A stretch of 64,000 nt of DNA. It comes from Chrysemys picta bellii (Eukaryota). The notes below the pieces were generated by a model that saw only the letters and a program-made list of their open reading frames with translations, searched no databases and was not told where the DNA came from. The stretch spans positions 12,152,001 to 12,216,000 of the forward strand of contig NC_088803.1 in the NCBI RefSeq assembly GCF_011386835.1, read 5' to 3'. Made by a program: the position numbers and the translations under genes. Shown in pieces: positions 1 to 11,040 of the stretch (the stretch's first letter is position 1; each line of letters begins with the position of its first letter).

Positions 1-65
1 CTTGTGCCCTCACCGGGGGTTGAAATGCCCAAGGCTGTGGTTGGGGGAGTGAAAGATGTGAAGGT

Positions 66-176
66 AATTAAACAGTGGAAAAATTTACCAAGGGTCATGA
101 TGGATTCTCTATCGCTGGAAATTTTAAAATCAAGATTGGATGTTTTTCTAAAAGACATGCTCTAGGAATTCTTTGA
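66..176 (+). mobile_element. CR1 LINE near-3' fragment
   Basis: AAACAGTGGAAAAATTTACCAAGG...TGGATTCTCT...TCAAGATTGGATGTTTTTCTAAAAG resembles the CR1 3' region, also seen at 28410-28610. Confidence 0.65.
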
Positions 177-1075
177 GGGACTACATCTACACTACAAACT
201 TTGGTCAATGCAAGTTACTTCGGCATAAATCCTTTATAGATACTATGTTGCTTGTGTTCGTGCATGCTTGGCTCCTTGCGTACACCCCAGGATTGCTTGT
301 GTCAATCCACAATGCGGTACACCATGAGTAGGTATCCTGGTGTTCAACTCACCATCATTCAGCTCACTGTCTTTTGGGAAGTTTTGGCAATGCATTATGG
401 GGCAGAAATGAGTCAAGCAGGGGTGACTGGGAGCAAGAGTCGACTTCCCACCATGCAATTTCTCCATTCTGTAATGCCCTCCATATCCCATCATTTTCAC
501 ACCTTTCTTAAAAATACAACAATCCTGCACAACCCTTCTCTCTCTCTGACATCTCTGACAGAAGCGCAGAAACTGCACAGCTCTGCACTGTTGTCACGAC
601 TGTTGCAAACAGATGATGCACGTGTGACGGGTTGGATCACAGAAAGCCCTTTGGGACTGCCACCTGATGTCCTTAGACTACCTGTGAACCTGTTTTCCCT
701 GCCACCTTGGGACTTCAGTGCCCTGCCTGGTTTGAGCCAGACACACTAGCCTGCTACAAACACAGACCCAGGTCTGAACTACGTCCCCCAAAAGCTGCAG
801 GGTTAACCGAAAACAGCTTAAGAAGTGCTCCTGTCTCCAGCACTCAGATACCCAACTCCCAATGGGGTCCAAACCCCAAAAAATCTATTTTACCCTGTAT
901 AAAGCTTATACCAGGTAATCTCATAAATTGTTCACCCTCTATAACACTGATAGAGAGAAATGCACAGCTGTTTACCACCCCTCCTCCCCCCAGGTATGAA
1001 TACATACTCTGGGTTAATTAATAACTAAAAAGTGATTTTATTAAATACAAAAAGTAGGATTTAAGTGGTTCCAAG

Positions 1076-1683
1076 TGTAAGCAGAGTCAGAATGAGCTCT
1101 ATCCTGACATCTGGTGGTGAGCTGTGGAAAAGGACTTCGGGGGCTGATCTCGTTTGCATGGGCACACCCACCCTGCCTAGCATGATGGGACTGTTTGCCC
1201 AAATGGTCACTTTGGCTGCTGTGGGATCCCCAGTCTCTTTGTTATTGGGGCAGGAGTAATAAAGTGGTGTTATCCTGGTTATGTGAATCAAGGACAGTAG
1301 AACTGTACTTGGCATTTTATGATGGAGGGACTCGCCTTCAACTAAGTAACACTCGCTGGGCAAGGGACATGGGTTCCAAAGTCCAGGGAATTGAGAGAGA
1401 GGGCAGGGCAGGGCAGGGCAGGGCAGGGCACGGCACGGCACGGCACGGCACGGCACGGCACGGCACGGCACTGCGGGACCCTTCTGAGGGTCCTAAGCAC
1501 TACTTGACTACTTCTCTTCTTCTTCTTCCTCCTCCTCCTTTTCACAGTGTAATAACAGAGCTAGTTTTGACTCCGTTAGGAGTCTTATTACATACTGCAG
1601 AACTGAAATCACTGACACCTTGCTCTAAGCATTAGATCTATTCTAGGCTAGTGGTTCTGAGTGCACCAGCACTGAGGCTCTCC
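1076..1683. mobile_element. Second LTR-like fragment nested in the 623-2325 LTR
   Basis: It starts abruptly at TGTAAGCAGAGTCAG, and the host LTR resumes near CTCACCCTCAGAGAT (about 1683). No CA end or TSD was found. Confidence 0.45.
1401..1470. repeat. Compound pentanucleotide microsatellite (GGGCA)6(CGGCA)8
   Basis: Read directly from the sequence. Confidence 0.97.
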
Positions 1684-2407
1684 TCACCCTCAGAGATATT
1701 GCAAGATATTTCTTTTACAGACTAGTCTCCTTCTAGTCTGGGTCCAGTAATTGCTCACACCCCTCTGGTTACTGTCCTTTGTTCCAGTTTCTTTCAGGTA
1801 TTCTTTGGGGGTGGAGAGGCTACCTCTTGAGATAGCTGAAGACAAAATGGAGAGGTCTCCCAGGGTTTTATATAGTTTCTCTACTGTGGGTGGAAATGCC
1901 TCCCTCCCCCTGTGTAGAATCCCCTCTACAAGATGGAGTTTTGGAGTCACCTGGGCAAGTCACATGTCCATGCATGACTTAGTTCTCTACAGGAAAGCTC
2001 AGATGTGGATTCGCATCTATCAAAGTCTATTGTCACCTTAAGTATTTCTTGATTGGGCACTTACTGAGAATAGTCTTTTCTCAAGAAGCTGACCAAATGC
2101 TTCACTGAGGCTACTTAAAATCAAACATGTACACAGCCAATATTCATAACTTTGAATACAAAAATGATAGATGCAAAACAAATGGGATGAATATATTCAG
2201 TAGATCATAGCCTTTGCAGAGATATGTTACATGGCATATGTAGCATCAAACATATTTCAGTTATGTCATATATACATTCATAAGCATATTTCTATAAAGC
2301 ATTATAGAAGCAGGGAAATGTAACAATTTCATGGAGGACAGATTGCTGTGGGACACAGTGCAAATCAATTTAACATTGTTGGTAGCATTCGCAGAGCAGT
2401 GGTAGAT

Positions 2408-2517
2408 CATAGAATCATAGAATCATGGAATATCAGGGTTGGAAGGGACCTCAGGAGGTCATCTAGTCCAACGTCCTGCTCAAAGCAGGACCAATCCCCA
2501 ACTAAATCCTCCCAGCC
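2408..2517 (-). mobile_element. 5'-truncated CR1 3' end inserted in the Harbinger transposase
   Basis: It has the CATAGAATCATAGAATC tail and GGAAGGGACC...CATCTAGTCCAAC, flanked by AGAT/AGAT (2404-2407, 2518-2521). Confidence 0.85.
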
Positions 2518-2571
2518 AGATGGTGGAGTGCAGCTTCTGGACCCAAGAAACGAGCACTGACTGGTGGGATC

Positions 2572-4260
2572 TGTAGCATTTTATCTCAAGTGAATTTAGT
2601 TAATTACATTAATTTAGTATTAAGTAATTTTGTATTATATTACCATGGTTCTGTCTCTGTTGGCTACAGTTTCAAGCTCAGATTGAAAGGTAACTCTGTC
2701 ATTTGTCTCAGATCTAGTCTCCAAGAAAACACAAAAAGCAAGGAAAGTAACACAAGCCATTCACAAGAAAAATGTCTAGTCTGCCTTATCCATTTTATTA
2801 AAGTTACCAGCACGGTTATGATTATCTAAGCATATAAAATTCCTAAAAATACCCATGCATACATCCTGCTCACATCCTCCTAGAAAATCTTAGGGTCTGA
2901 GGGGTTCCTCAATAATTGATCATCAATAGAGAGATGGTTCCTGATGGAGTTTTCCTGAAGTTAACTCATTTTTCCCATTCAGGGCACCATCTTTTATAAC
3001 GTGATTCTGACAGGGCCGGTGCAACCATTTAGGCGACCTAGGTGGTCACCTAGTGCGCTAGGATTTGGGGGGCACCATTTTCTTTGGCAGCGACCACGGC
3101 AGCTGGATTTTTGGCCTCCCAGGTCGCCGCCAGCATTTAGGCGGAGGGAGCTGGGGCAGTGGAGTGCGGGGAGGGCCGCCTGAAGCAAGGAGGGGGCGGC
3201 ACGCAGGGGAACTCCCCGCCCCAGCTCACCCCTGCCCCGCCTCCTCCCCGAGCACCTCCCCGTGGCAGCTTCCCCCCTACGCCCTGAGGCGCCCCCACAG
3301 AGGCACCCCCACATGGCGGCAGCTCCCCACCCCCCACCCTGAGGCACCCCACCCGCCACAGCTCACCACTGCCCTGCCTCCTCCCCGAGCACGCCATCGC
3401 TACTTCACTTCTCCTGCCTCCCAGGATTGCGGCGCCTAAGCTGATTGGCGTGCTCGGGGAGGAGGAGAGGGAGGGGTGAGCTGGGGCGGGGGGTGTGCCT
3501 CAGGTTGGGGAGCTGCCGCGCGGGGGTGCCTCAGGGCAGAGGCGGGGAGCTGCTGCGGTTGGGGGGATGCCTCAGGGCGGAGGAGGGGAGCTGCCACGGG
3601 GGGGTACGCCTCAGGGTGGGGGCTCGGGGACGGGGGGGGCGCAAGGTAGAAGTTTCGCCTAGGGCGCGAAACATCCTTCCACCGGCCCTGGATTCTGACT
3701 ATAGATAATATACTGCGCATGTGCATGCAAGAATCAACCCTCTTTTTTCTTATCTGTATTGTGTCCCCCAAGAATATTAGGCTATTCTGTTTTTCACAAG
3801 AGGTTTAAAGTCCCTTTTATTCTCATTAGTATTTATGCACAGCATGTACCCTGAGGTTAGGGCATGTGTTAGAAAAATGTGACTATCTGGTATCTTATAA
3901 TCAAAAATGAATCTTGCAGTTAATTTTTCGCAATACCACCCATTGGCACATCTTTTCCCATAACCTTATGACATCAGGATATACTTTGGTCACTTACTTA
4001 TGTCAAGTATTTCTTAAACGTAAGGCCTAGTATAGCTAAGCTAAAATCTTGCAGGCCTCAGCCTGTAGGCCTTGCATTTCAGCCATACTCACTTAGATAC
4101 CTAATGCATACTTCTCCCTTCTGACTACTGATCAATCTTATCCTTCTATAATCCTACAATTTAAATCTATTCAATGTACAATGATTACATATGACATGAC
4201 AAGTTAGTTAATCATCACATCACACAATAAATGAATGATCAAATGAAGCAATTGCCTACA
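2572..4260. mobile_element. Solo LTR (TGTAG...CTACA) in the Harbinger transposase
   Basis: It has 5-bp terminal inverted repeats and a 4-bp TSD GATC/GATT. The host transposase is continuous across it. Confidence 0.7.
3011..3690. mobile_element. GC-rich hAT MITE
   Basis: The TIR is CAGGGCCGGTG...CACCGGCCCTG, with a perfect 8-bp TSD GATTCTGA at 3003-3010 and 3691-3698. Confidence 0.92.
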
Positions 4261-5710
4261 GATTGCTTCATAATGCAGGTTAGAGGTGACAAGCAGTAGC
4301 TGCAAAACTTACAGAAGCAGAAGGCCACATTCCGGATCTGTGCTGAGCTCGCCCCAGCCCTCAGCCACCAGAATGAATGCTGCATTGGCAATTGAGAGGC
4401 AACTGGATTGTTTCCGGACAGTGGGAAATCATTTTGGAGTTGGAAAATACGCAGTGGGGGTCATTGTTATGCAAGTGTGCAGGGCCACAAATCATCTCCT
4501 GCTACACACGAGTGTGACTCTCAGTAATGTGCAAGACATAGAGAATGGATTTGCAGCAATGGGGTTCCCGAACTGCAGTGGGGCAATAGATGGCATACGT
4601 ATCCCTGTTTTGGCACCAGCCTACCTTGCCACATAGTATAACAACAGAAAGGGCTACTTGTCTATGGTCGTGCAAGCATTGGTGGATCACTGGGGATGCT
4701 CCACTGACATCAGTGTTGGCTAGTCAGGGAAGGTGCATGACACTTGTATCTTTAAGAGCACAGGACTGTTCAGAAAGTTGCAAGCAGGGACTTTTTTTCC
4801 CCAACCAGCAGATTACCACTGTCAAGGTTGAAATGACAGTAATGATCCGGGGATCGAGTCTGCCCCTTGCTCCCCTGGCTCATTAAGCTGTCCAGTGGCC
4901 ACTTCGACAGCACCAAGGAAAAATTCAACTACCAGCTCAGCAGGTGCAGAATGACCTTTGAAGGGCTTTTGGTAGATTGAAGAGGCAACGCCACTGCTTG
5001 CTCACAAGATTGAACCACTGTGAGAAAAATATCCCAATGGTTCTAGCTGCTTGCTGTGTCCTGCATAAGATCTGTGAGGCAAAGTGGGGTGAGGGGGATG
5101 CCACAGGGGTGGCAGGCAGATGTGGAGTGGTGGTCTGCTTAGTTTGAACAGCCAGACACATGGGCAATTAGAAGAGCACAGTGCAGAGCTATGAGGAGGA
5201 GGAAGGCCTTGAAAGAGCATTTTAACAAGGAGCCACAGTGACACATTGTGGAAGTGGCGCAGGCCGAGGGACTTACTGGCCACCGCTTCCAGCAGCCCCC
5301 AATGGCCTGCAGCCAGTGGGAGCCGCGATCGGCCGGACCTGCGGACATCTGAAATAAATTAAAGGAACAGAACTTAACATGGGGAAAGAACATCCTTGTC
5401 CGTTTTGGCTTCATATACAGCAGCCATGGCTCTCACAGATCAGTGTATGTGAAGCTGTGGGTGTCCTTACTGTCTTCCTGGGTAAAGCAGTAGGGATATG
5501 AATGCGGCTTCTGCTGCCATATGTAAATGTTGAACTGGGATGTAGGGAGGTTTGCAATGGAATTCTCCGTTGACTGCAAAGGGAGGCCAGACCATGACTG
5601 TTGAATCTGTAGGTCCACAAGAATCTGCAGCATCTGTATTTGCTGCTGGATAAGCCCCATTATGTCTTGGGGCATCTCCCTCTGCTTTTCCTGCTGGGAC
5701 TCCTGTGCCT

Positions 5711-7056
5711 TGTAGCCCACAGAGCTAGCTTAGCCTTTTTATGTTATGTAGCAGTAATGCAAGGAACCTACAGGCCTCTCTCCTGTAAGACATTGGCTTA
5801 GGCAATTTAGCATAAGTAAAGTAGGCCTACGACCTTTAGCATGTATCAAATGGCCTGACTGTTACACTAGATTTTGGGGAACTGGGAATAGCTTGCTCAA
5901 GAGAGGGAATTGGTACATAACGATATCAGGCAACCACAGGAACACTGAACTGATACTGGGCTTAGATATTTTAGGATAGAATCATTGGCTGATGTTTACC
6001 CGCAAACTTGCTTTAGCAATAGGTGACGTATATGATAATGAACTAAAAGGCATGAATAAAGGTACCCCAAAATGATGAGGGTGGGGAAGTTAGATATGGA
6101 CATGGGAGGTTGGGCATCTGAATGAATAGTCATGATAGTATCCATGCCCTCTAACAGGTCAAGCCGCTATGTAGCAGGGGCTAGCTTTTCCATCACTGAC
6201 TCTTCATGGTTATCATCTACCACCAATCTCTGGCACCAGGCATCTGGACAATCGGACTCATTTGTCTTGCCAGGGACAGGGCTGACCCTGTGTCTCTTTC
6301 CACCAGGTCCCCAAGGAAGGGTGTGAGTATATATTGAGCAAGGGATGACACCAAAGATATTCCTCATACTATATTACTGCTTTTTGTTTATGTGGTTTGG
6401 AGCTTTCTTGTCTTTACTAACGGTGTTAATAAAAATGGCTAAGACATTGCTATGCTCTCAGTGCAAATGTCTTTGCTGTACATCCCAGAGTTCCCCATAC
6501 GCTAATGAACTTCTTAACAATTAGCAACCAGTACAATTATAAACTGTTAACAGGGCCGGATTAACGCAGGGGCTCTAGGGGCTGCAGCCCAGGGCCTCGG
6601 GCTAATGGGGGCCCCGCAACAGGCCCGCTGACGGGGGGGTAAAGAGGACAAATGCCCAAAGGCCTTAGTCCCAAGGGCAGTGCAGTGAGACTAAGGTGGT
6701 TTTCTGCCCGCCCTCACTCCACACCACTCCCGGAATCAGCCAGGGCATCCCCGTGGCCCCTGGGTGGGGTATGTTTCCACAAGCTGCGGGCAGCAGCATG
6801 CCGTGGAGGCCCCCCTGCCCCCCCAGGAACCACTTCCAGAGGGGTGTGCCAGTCACTTTCAGAAGCCACCTGAGTTAAGGGCCAACCCCCTGACCCCCTC
6901 CTGCACCTCCACACCCTACCCCCACCTAAAGCCCACACACCATCCCGCATCCAAACTCCTTCCCAGAGACCGCATCCCCTTGGACAGGGGTCCCACAAAA
7001 TCCCAGTGTCCCCAGGTGAGTTAATCTGTCCCTGATAGTTAAAGAATCAGGCTACA
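5711..7056. mobile_element. Solo LTR (TGTAG...CTACA) in the Harbinger Myb ORF
   Basis: The termini match those of 2572-4260. The Myb ORF reads through when it is removed (DRRK-AQES), with a degenerate 4-bp TSD GCCT/TCCA. Confidence 0.6.
6551..7034. mobile_element. GC-rich hAT MITE
   Basis: The TIR is CAGGGCCGGATTAA / TTAATCTGTCCCTG, with a TSD ACTGTTAA/ATAGTTAA. Confidence 0.75.
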
Positions 7057-7876
7057 TCCATTCTCCTGTCAGTTTTTTTCCCTTCTCCAGGCTGTCTGCA
7101 ATGTTCACCCTCCAGGCCCTCTGTAGGCGGGCCGATGCAGCCTTGGCTTGCAGGATCTCACTGAATATGTCATCCTGAGTCCTCTTCTTTCTCCTCCTTA
7201 CCTGGCCCAGGTGTTCTGAGACATCCCTAGTGACACTTCTGCTTCACAGTGACCATGCACAGCCCCACTCACCAATCCCAGCCATGAGTGAGTATGGCCC
7301 ACTGTGGGTGAGAAGGGTTGGGGGGATGTAGTGGGAATTGTTTGGTTGCATGAAACTATGTGTACAGGGCAAGGGCACTGAATACTGGCATCATTTTCAA
7401 CAGTTGGTGGTGATTTTAGCTTATGGTAAAAAAGGCTCAGAGAGCACAGCTGCTGCTGGCATGCTGAAGCTACCCAAGGCTGTATGCTGCTAGCCTATTA
7501 ACGCAATGGCACCTGCTGAAGTTATAGCCAACTGGGGTGGGAAAGTGTCCTAGTGGTGAGGAAGAAATGAGGCTGCCATCCCTAGAAACCTTCAGGAGAG
7601 GGTTGCAGAGTACCTCCATGAACGTTGCCTTGAGATCTCTCAAGAGGGTTCAAGGGACATCCCAATGTACATAAACAAATATATCCACATGGTCTGCCTT
7701 GATCTAACTCTATAGGTAAATAAGAAGCAGATAACAACTCTACCTTCCTTAGATGTACTGCTACTTCTTCTAGTCCAAGTAAATTCATAAAAAGTCTAAA
7801 GCTGTGTCCTGCTAAGTGCGGGGCAGGGGCATCATTGATACATGATTGTTATAGGAAATCCATTCACACACTTACA

Positions 7877-8233
7877 GATGCGCCGACTTCGCCAGTTCCT
7901 GGGGGTGTGCTCGACCCCCGCTCCACCCCAGGTCTTGTCCCAACTCCACCCCTTCCCACAAATCCCCACCCCACCCCTGCCTCTTCCCACTCGCATCCCA
8001 TTCCACCCCCTCCCTTCTCTCTTCCTGCCCCTGCTCGTCCACTTTCCTCCCTGCCCCAATGCTGCCTGACTGTTGCTAAACAACGGACAGGAGGCACTGG
8101 GAGGGAGGGTGAGGAGCTGATCGGCAGGGCCCACCAGCGGGTGGGAGGGAAGGGGAGGGGAGGAGATGATCCAGGGGGCTGATGGTGGGTGCTGAGCACC
8201 CACTATTTTTTTTCTGTGGGTGCTCCAGCCCCA
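7877..8233. mobile_element. Truncated hAT-type MITE
   Basis: It starts CAGATGCGCCGACTTC and has GGGTGCTGAGCACCC subterminal palindromes. It is the same family as 53541-53793. Confidence 0.55.
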
Positions 8234-9499
8234 GAAGACACCAGAATTGTTGTCCATGCACACTTACTCGAGATGCCTTCATCTGTACTGCCAGGACCGA
8301 CTGGACTGTGGTGGGGTTTCAAACATGTCCTGGCTCACAGCATAGCTGGACCCCCTGTTCACATGTCACCCCCTCATCCACCTCCTCTTCCTCCTTGCTT
8401 TTTATGGCAGTGCCCTGTGACTCTGGCTCCTCTGAGGTATCCACGGTGGTGTGTGGGGTAGTGATGGGGTTTCCCCCAAGTATCTCATGTAGCAATTTGT
8501 ATAAGCAGCAGGTCAGTGGCTTAGTGTTAGATTGACTGTTGGCCTCCCTGGTCTTCTTGTATGCCTGGCACAGTTCTTTCTTTCAATATAAGGAAGAGTT
8601 GCAGATATTAGCTGGCTTATGTTGGTGACGTACAGATATTGGCTTCTGTCACAAGAATTCCAAACAGTTTGTAAACTTTGTGTCATCTCAGCAATCTGGG
8701 ATCATTTCCAAAGACTAAAACTGCTAATGGAGAATCCAAGAAAGGAAGAACACATGATACCACAAATGTAATAGGCTGGTGACAATGTTAAAAGGCTTAG
8801 ATTATTATTTCAAAAAATATGCAACACAGAAAAAAGGAAGAGACAAAACTCAACCCATTATTTTATGACAATACATAACCATATTTTGACTGGACCAGCT
8901 GGTCACTTGTTAACTGGTTTGTTTTTCTTAGGAAAAGTGGATTTCTGAAGATATTACACATAGTGGATGAATAATCAGAACTAGAGTCAATTTAAAATCA
9001 ACAGTTTTCAGACTGAGGGTTTTCAGTCTTTTGAACAAATCCTGAAAAAAAAGTAACTTTCCATAGGGGACAAAAAAAATTCCGCCATCTTTTCTAAACA
9101 GATCCCGCCTTTGTTTCACTGGAGACATTCAAAGCATTTGTCTGAATGAAATAATAAACGAAGAATATAATAAATATAGATTAGGAAGTTCTCATAGTTA
9201 TAGCTCAAACAACCTAACAAGTGTTCGGAAAATGTGTCAACAAGTACATAAAAATGCAAGAGGAAAACAGAAAATAAAATTTATTATCACTTAATACTCA
9301 ACAGAAAACAGTCAAGCCAACTGGTAAGTTTCTGGTATATTTATTTTGCAGTTGGAAAGGTGATGATGAACTGAGGATGAATAGCCTGATTTAGACCCAC
9401 AGAGGCCAATGCTTTGACTGATAAGAACGTGGACCATGTAGATGGTTCATTCCTGACTAATGATTTGATTTATTCCCATTTCAATCAATTTCTCTGAAT

Positions 9500-10477
9500 T
9501 CATGGGAATACCCTATACTTCTGCAGAAATTTCCTCAGGGCCTCCTTGACCTCTTTGTTTCTCAGGCTGTAGATGAGGGGATTGATCAGGGGTGTCAAGA
9601 CCGTGTAGAAGACAGAAAATACTTTGTTTGGGGCTCTGAGTGCACCAGTGTTTGGTAACATGTAGACAATCATTAAGGTCCCATAGAAGATTGTAACCAC
9701 AATAAGGTGGGAGGAGCAGGTGGAAAATGCCTTTTGCCTCCCAGAGGTGGAAGAGATTCTCAAGATGGCAGAGATGATGTAAACATAAGATGTCAGGGTC
9801 AACAGAAATGGGGGAACAGTGTCTATGGAGGAGAATATGAGGGTCGCTAGTGTCACCAGACTGGTGTCGCTGCAGGAGAGATTGATCACTGGGCTGAGGT
9901 CACAAAAGAAATGATCAATTTCATTAGGGCCACAGAAGGCTAATTGAGACACCAAACACATTAATATGGTAAGAACTATGAATGAACTTAGCCATGATCC
10001 AGCTGCTAGTTGGATACAGAACCTGCCATTCATACGGGTGACATAGTGCAGTGGTTTACATATCGCTAAGTATCGATCATAAGACATCACAGCTAGAAGA
10101 TAACACTCAGTGGTCACTAGGAAACCAAACAAATAAAACTGCACAATGCAGCCTGTAACAGAAATGGTCCTGTCCCCAGTCAGGAAACTGGCCAGCATCC
10201 TGGGAAGGATGGTTGAGTTGCAACAGATCTCCAAGCAGGACAAATTTCCCAGGAAGAAGTACATGGGGGAGTGAAGGTGCTGATCAGTCACAACTAGTGC
10301 TACAATGAGAGTGTTTGCAGCCATGGTGACTATGTAGATCACTAGAAACAGCAGGAAGAAAAGAATTTGCAGTTCAGGAAGATTCCCAAATCCCATCAGG
10401 ATGAATTCTGTGACAAATGTTTGATTTCCCCCTTCTCCTTTCTCCATGAGGTGTGTGTAGGTTTCCACTTTTGCCAT
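9500..10477 (-). CDS. Olfactory receptor 1 (class II-type, intact, 325 aa from the first ATG; an alternative ATG at 10447 gives 315 aa)
   Basis: The ORF has N-terminal NQT glycosylation and the motifs LHSPMYFFLGNLS, MSYDRYLAICKPLHY, HFFCD, KAFSTCSSHL and PLIYSLRN. The stop is TGA at 9500-9502. The ORF-track start at 10552 is a non-ATG codon upstream of a likely acceptor (TTGCTTTTTCTCAATCACCAG, AG at 10495-10494). Confidence 0.95.
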   Translation of the reverse strand: MAKVETYTHLMEKGEGGNQTFVTEFILMGFGNLPELQILFFLLFLVIYIVTMAANTLIVALVVTDQHLHSPMYFFLGNLSCLEICCNSTILPRMLASFLTGDRTISVTGCIVQFYLFGFLVTTECYLLAVMSYDRYLAICKPLHYVTRMNGRFCIQLAAGSWLSSFIVLTILMCLVSQLAFCGPNEIDHFFCDLSPVINLSCSDTSLVTLATLIFSSIDTVPPFLLTLTSYVYIISAILRISSTSGRQKAFSTCSSHLIVVTIFYGTLMIVYMLPNTGALRAPNKVFSVFYTVLTPLINPLIYSLRNKEVKEALRKFLQKYRVFP

Positions 10478-10659
10478 TCTCTGTGTGATGTAACTGGTGA
10501 TTGAGAAAAAGCAATAATCATTTAGAGAGTTTGCTGTATGGTTAAGACTCAATCAATTTCCTTCCATTTGTTTCCATAAAAATTGAGATTGCAAATTTGA
10601 TTGGAGTTTATATCCTCTGTCAGCCAAGGGACTGCTTCACACCCAGATATTGAATAGGG

Positions 10660-10963
10660 CAATGACTCTCAACTGGGGTACCGATACCCTTGGGGGTAAG
10701 CAGAGGTCTTCCAGGGGGTACAACAACTCCTAGCTTTACAACAGGCTAAATAAAAAACTAGTGAAGTCAGTACAAACTACAATTTCAAACAGACAAAATG
10801 AGAAAGTCAGCAATTTTTCAGAAATAGTGTTCTATGACACTTTTGTATTTTTATTGTTCATTTTGCAAGCAAATAGTTTTTAAGTGAGGTGAAACTTGGG
10901 GTATGGAAGACAAATCAGACTCCTGAAAGGCATACAGTAATCTGGAAAGGTGGAGAACCACTG
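10660..10963. mobile_element. hAT (Charlie-like) MITE
   Basis: The TIR is CAATGACTCTCAAC / GGTGGAGAACCACTG, with a TSD GAATAGGG/GCATAGGG. Confidence 0.75.
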
Positions 10964-11040
10964 GCATAGGGTATTGGGATACAGATTCCCCTCCAGCCCA
11001 CCCAAATAGCAGCAAAACTGTTAATTTATCACTTTTCTAC

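Larger units (their letters stand above)
623..2325 (-). mobile_element. Solo LTR (Gypsy-type) inserted in Harbinger and itself interrupted
   Basis: The termini are TGTGAC...TGTAACA, and the Harbinger transposase sequence resumes at 2326. No clear TSD was seen and the orientation is inferred. Confidence 0.65.
177..8580 (+). mobile_element. Decayed autonomous PIF/Harbinger transposon, fragmented by nested insertions, right end missing
   Basis: A TIR-like GGGACTACATCTACACTAC is at 177. HARBI1-type DDE transposase remnants lie on plus at about 550-620, 2326-2571 and 4261-5230 (MGFPNCSGAIDG, NRKGY, GKVHD, FNYQLSRCRMT, ACCVLHKICE). Convergent Myb/SANT-ORF remnants lie on minus at 5433-5710, 7057-7200 and 8240-8580 (KELCQAYKKTREAN, EILGGNP, RRKKRTQDDIFSEIL). 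Confidence 0.85.

Noticed and set aside
1061-1635. ORFs with PCRAV or ARHGT repeats
   Set aside because: They are translations of the (GGGCA)(CGGCA) microsatellite.
2994-3771. Cluster of overlapping GC-rich ORFs and CpG-island-like sequence
   Set aside because: It is entirely within an hAT MITE with TIRs and a perfect TSD, so it is not a gene promoter.
4286-5230. HARBI1-like host gene
   Set aside because: It has several stops and frameshifts, a TIR and a partner Myb ORF, so it is a dead transposon and not the domesticated gene.
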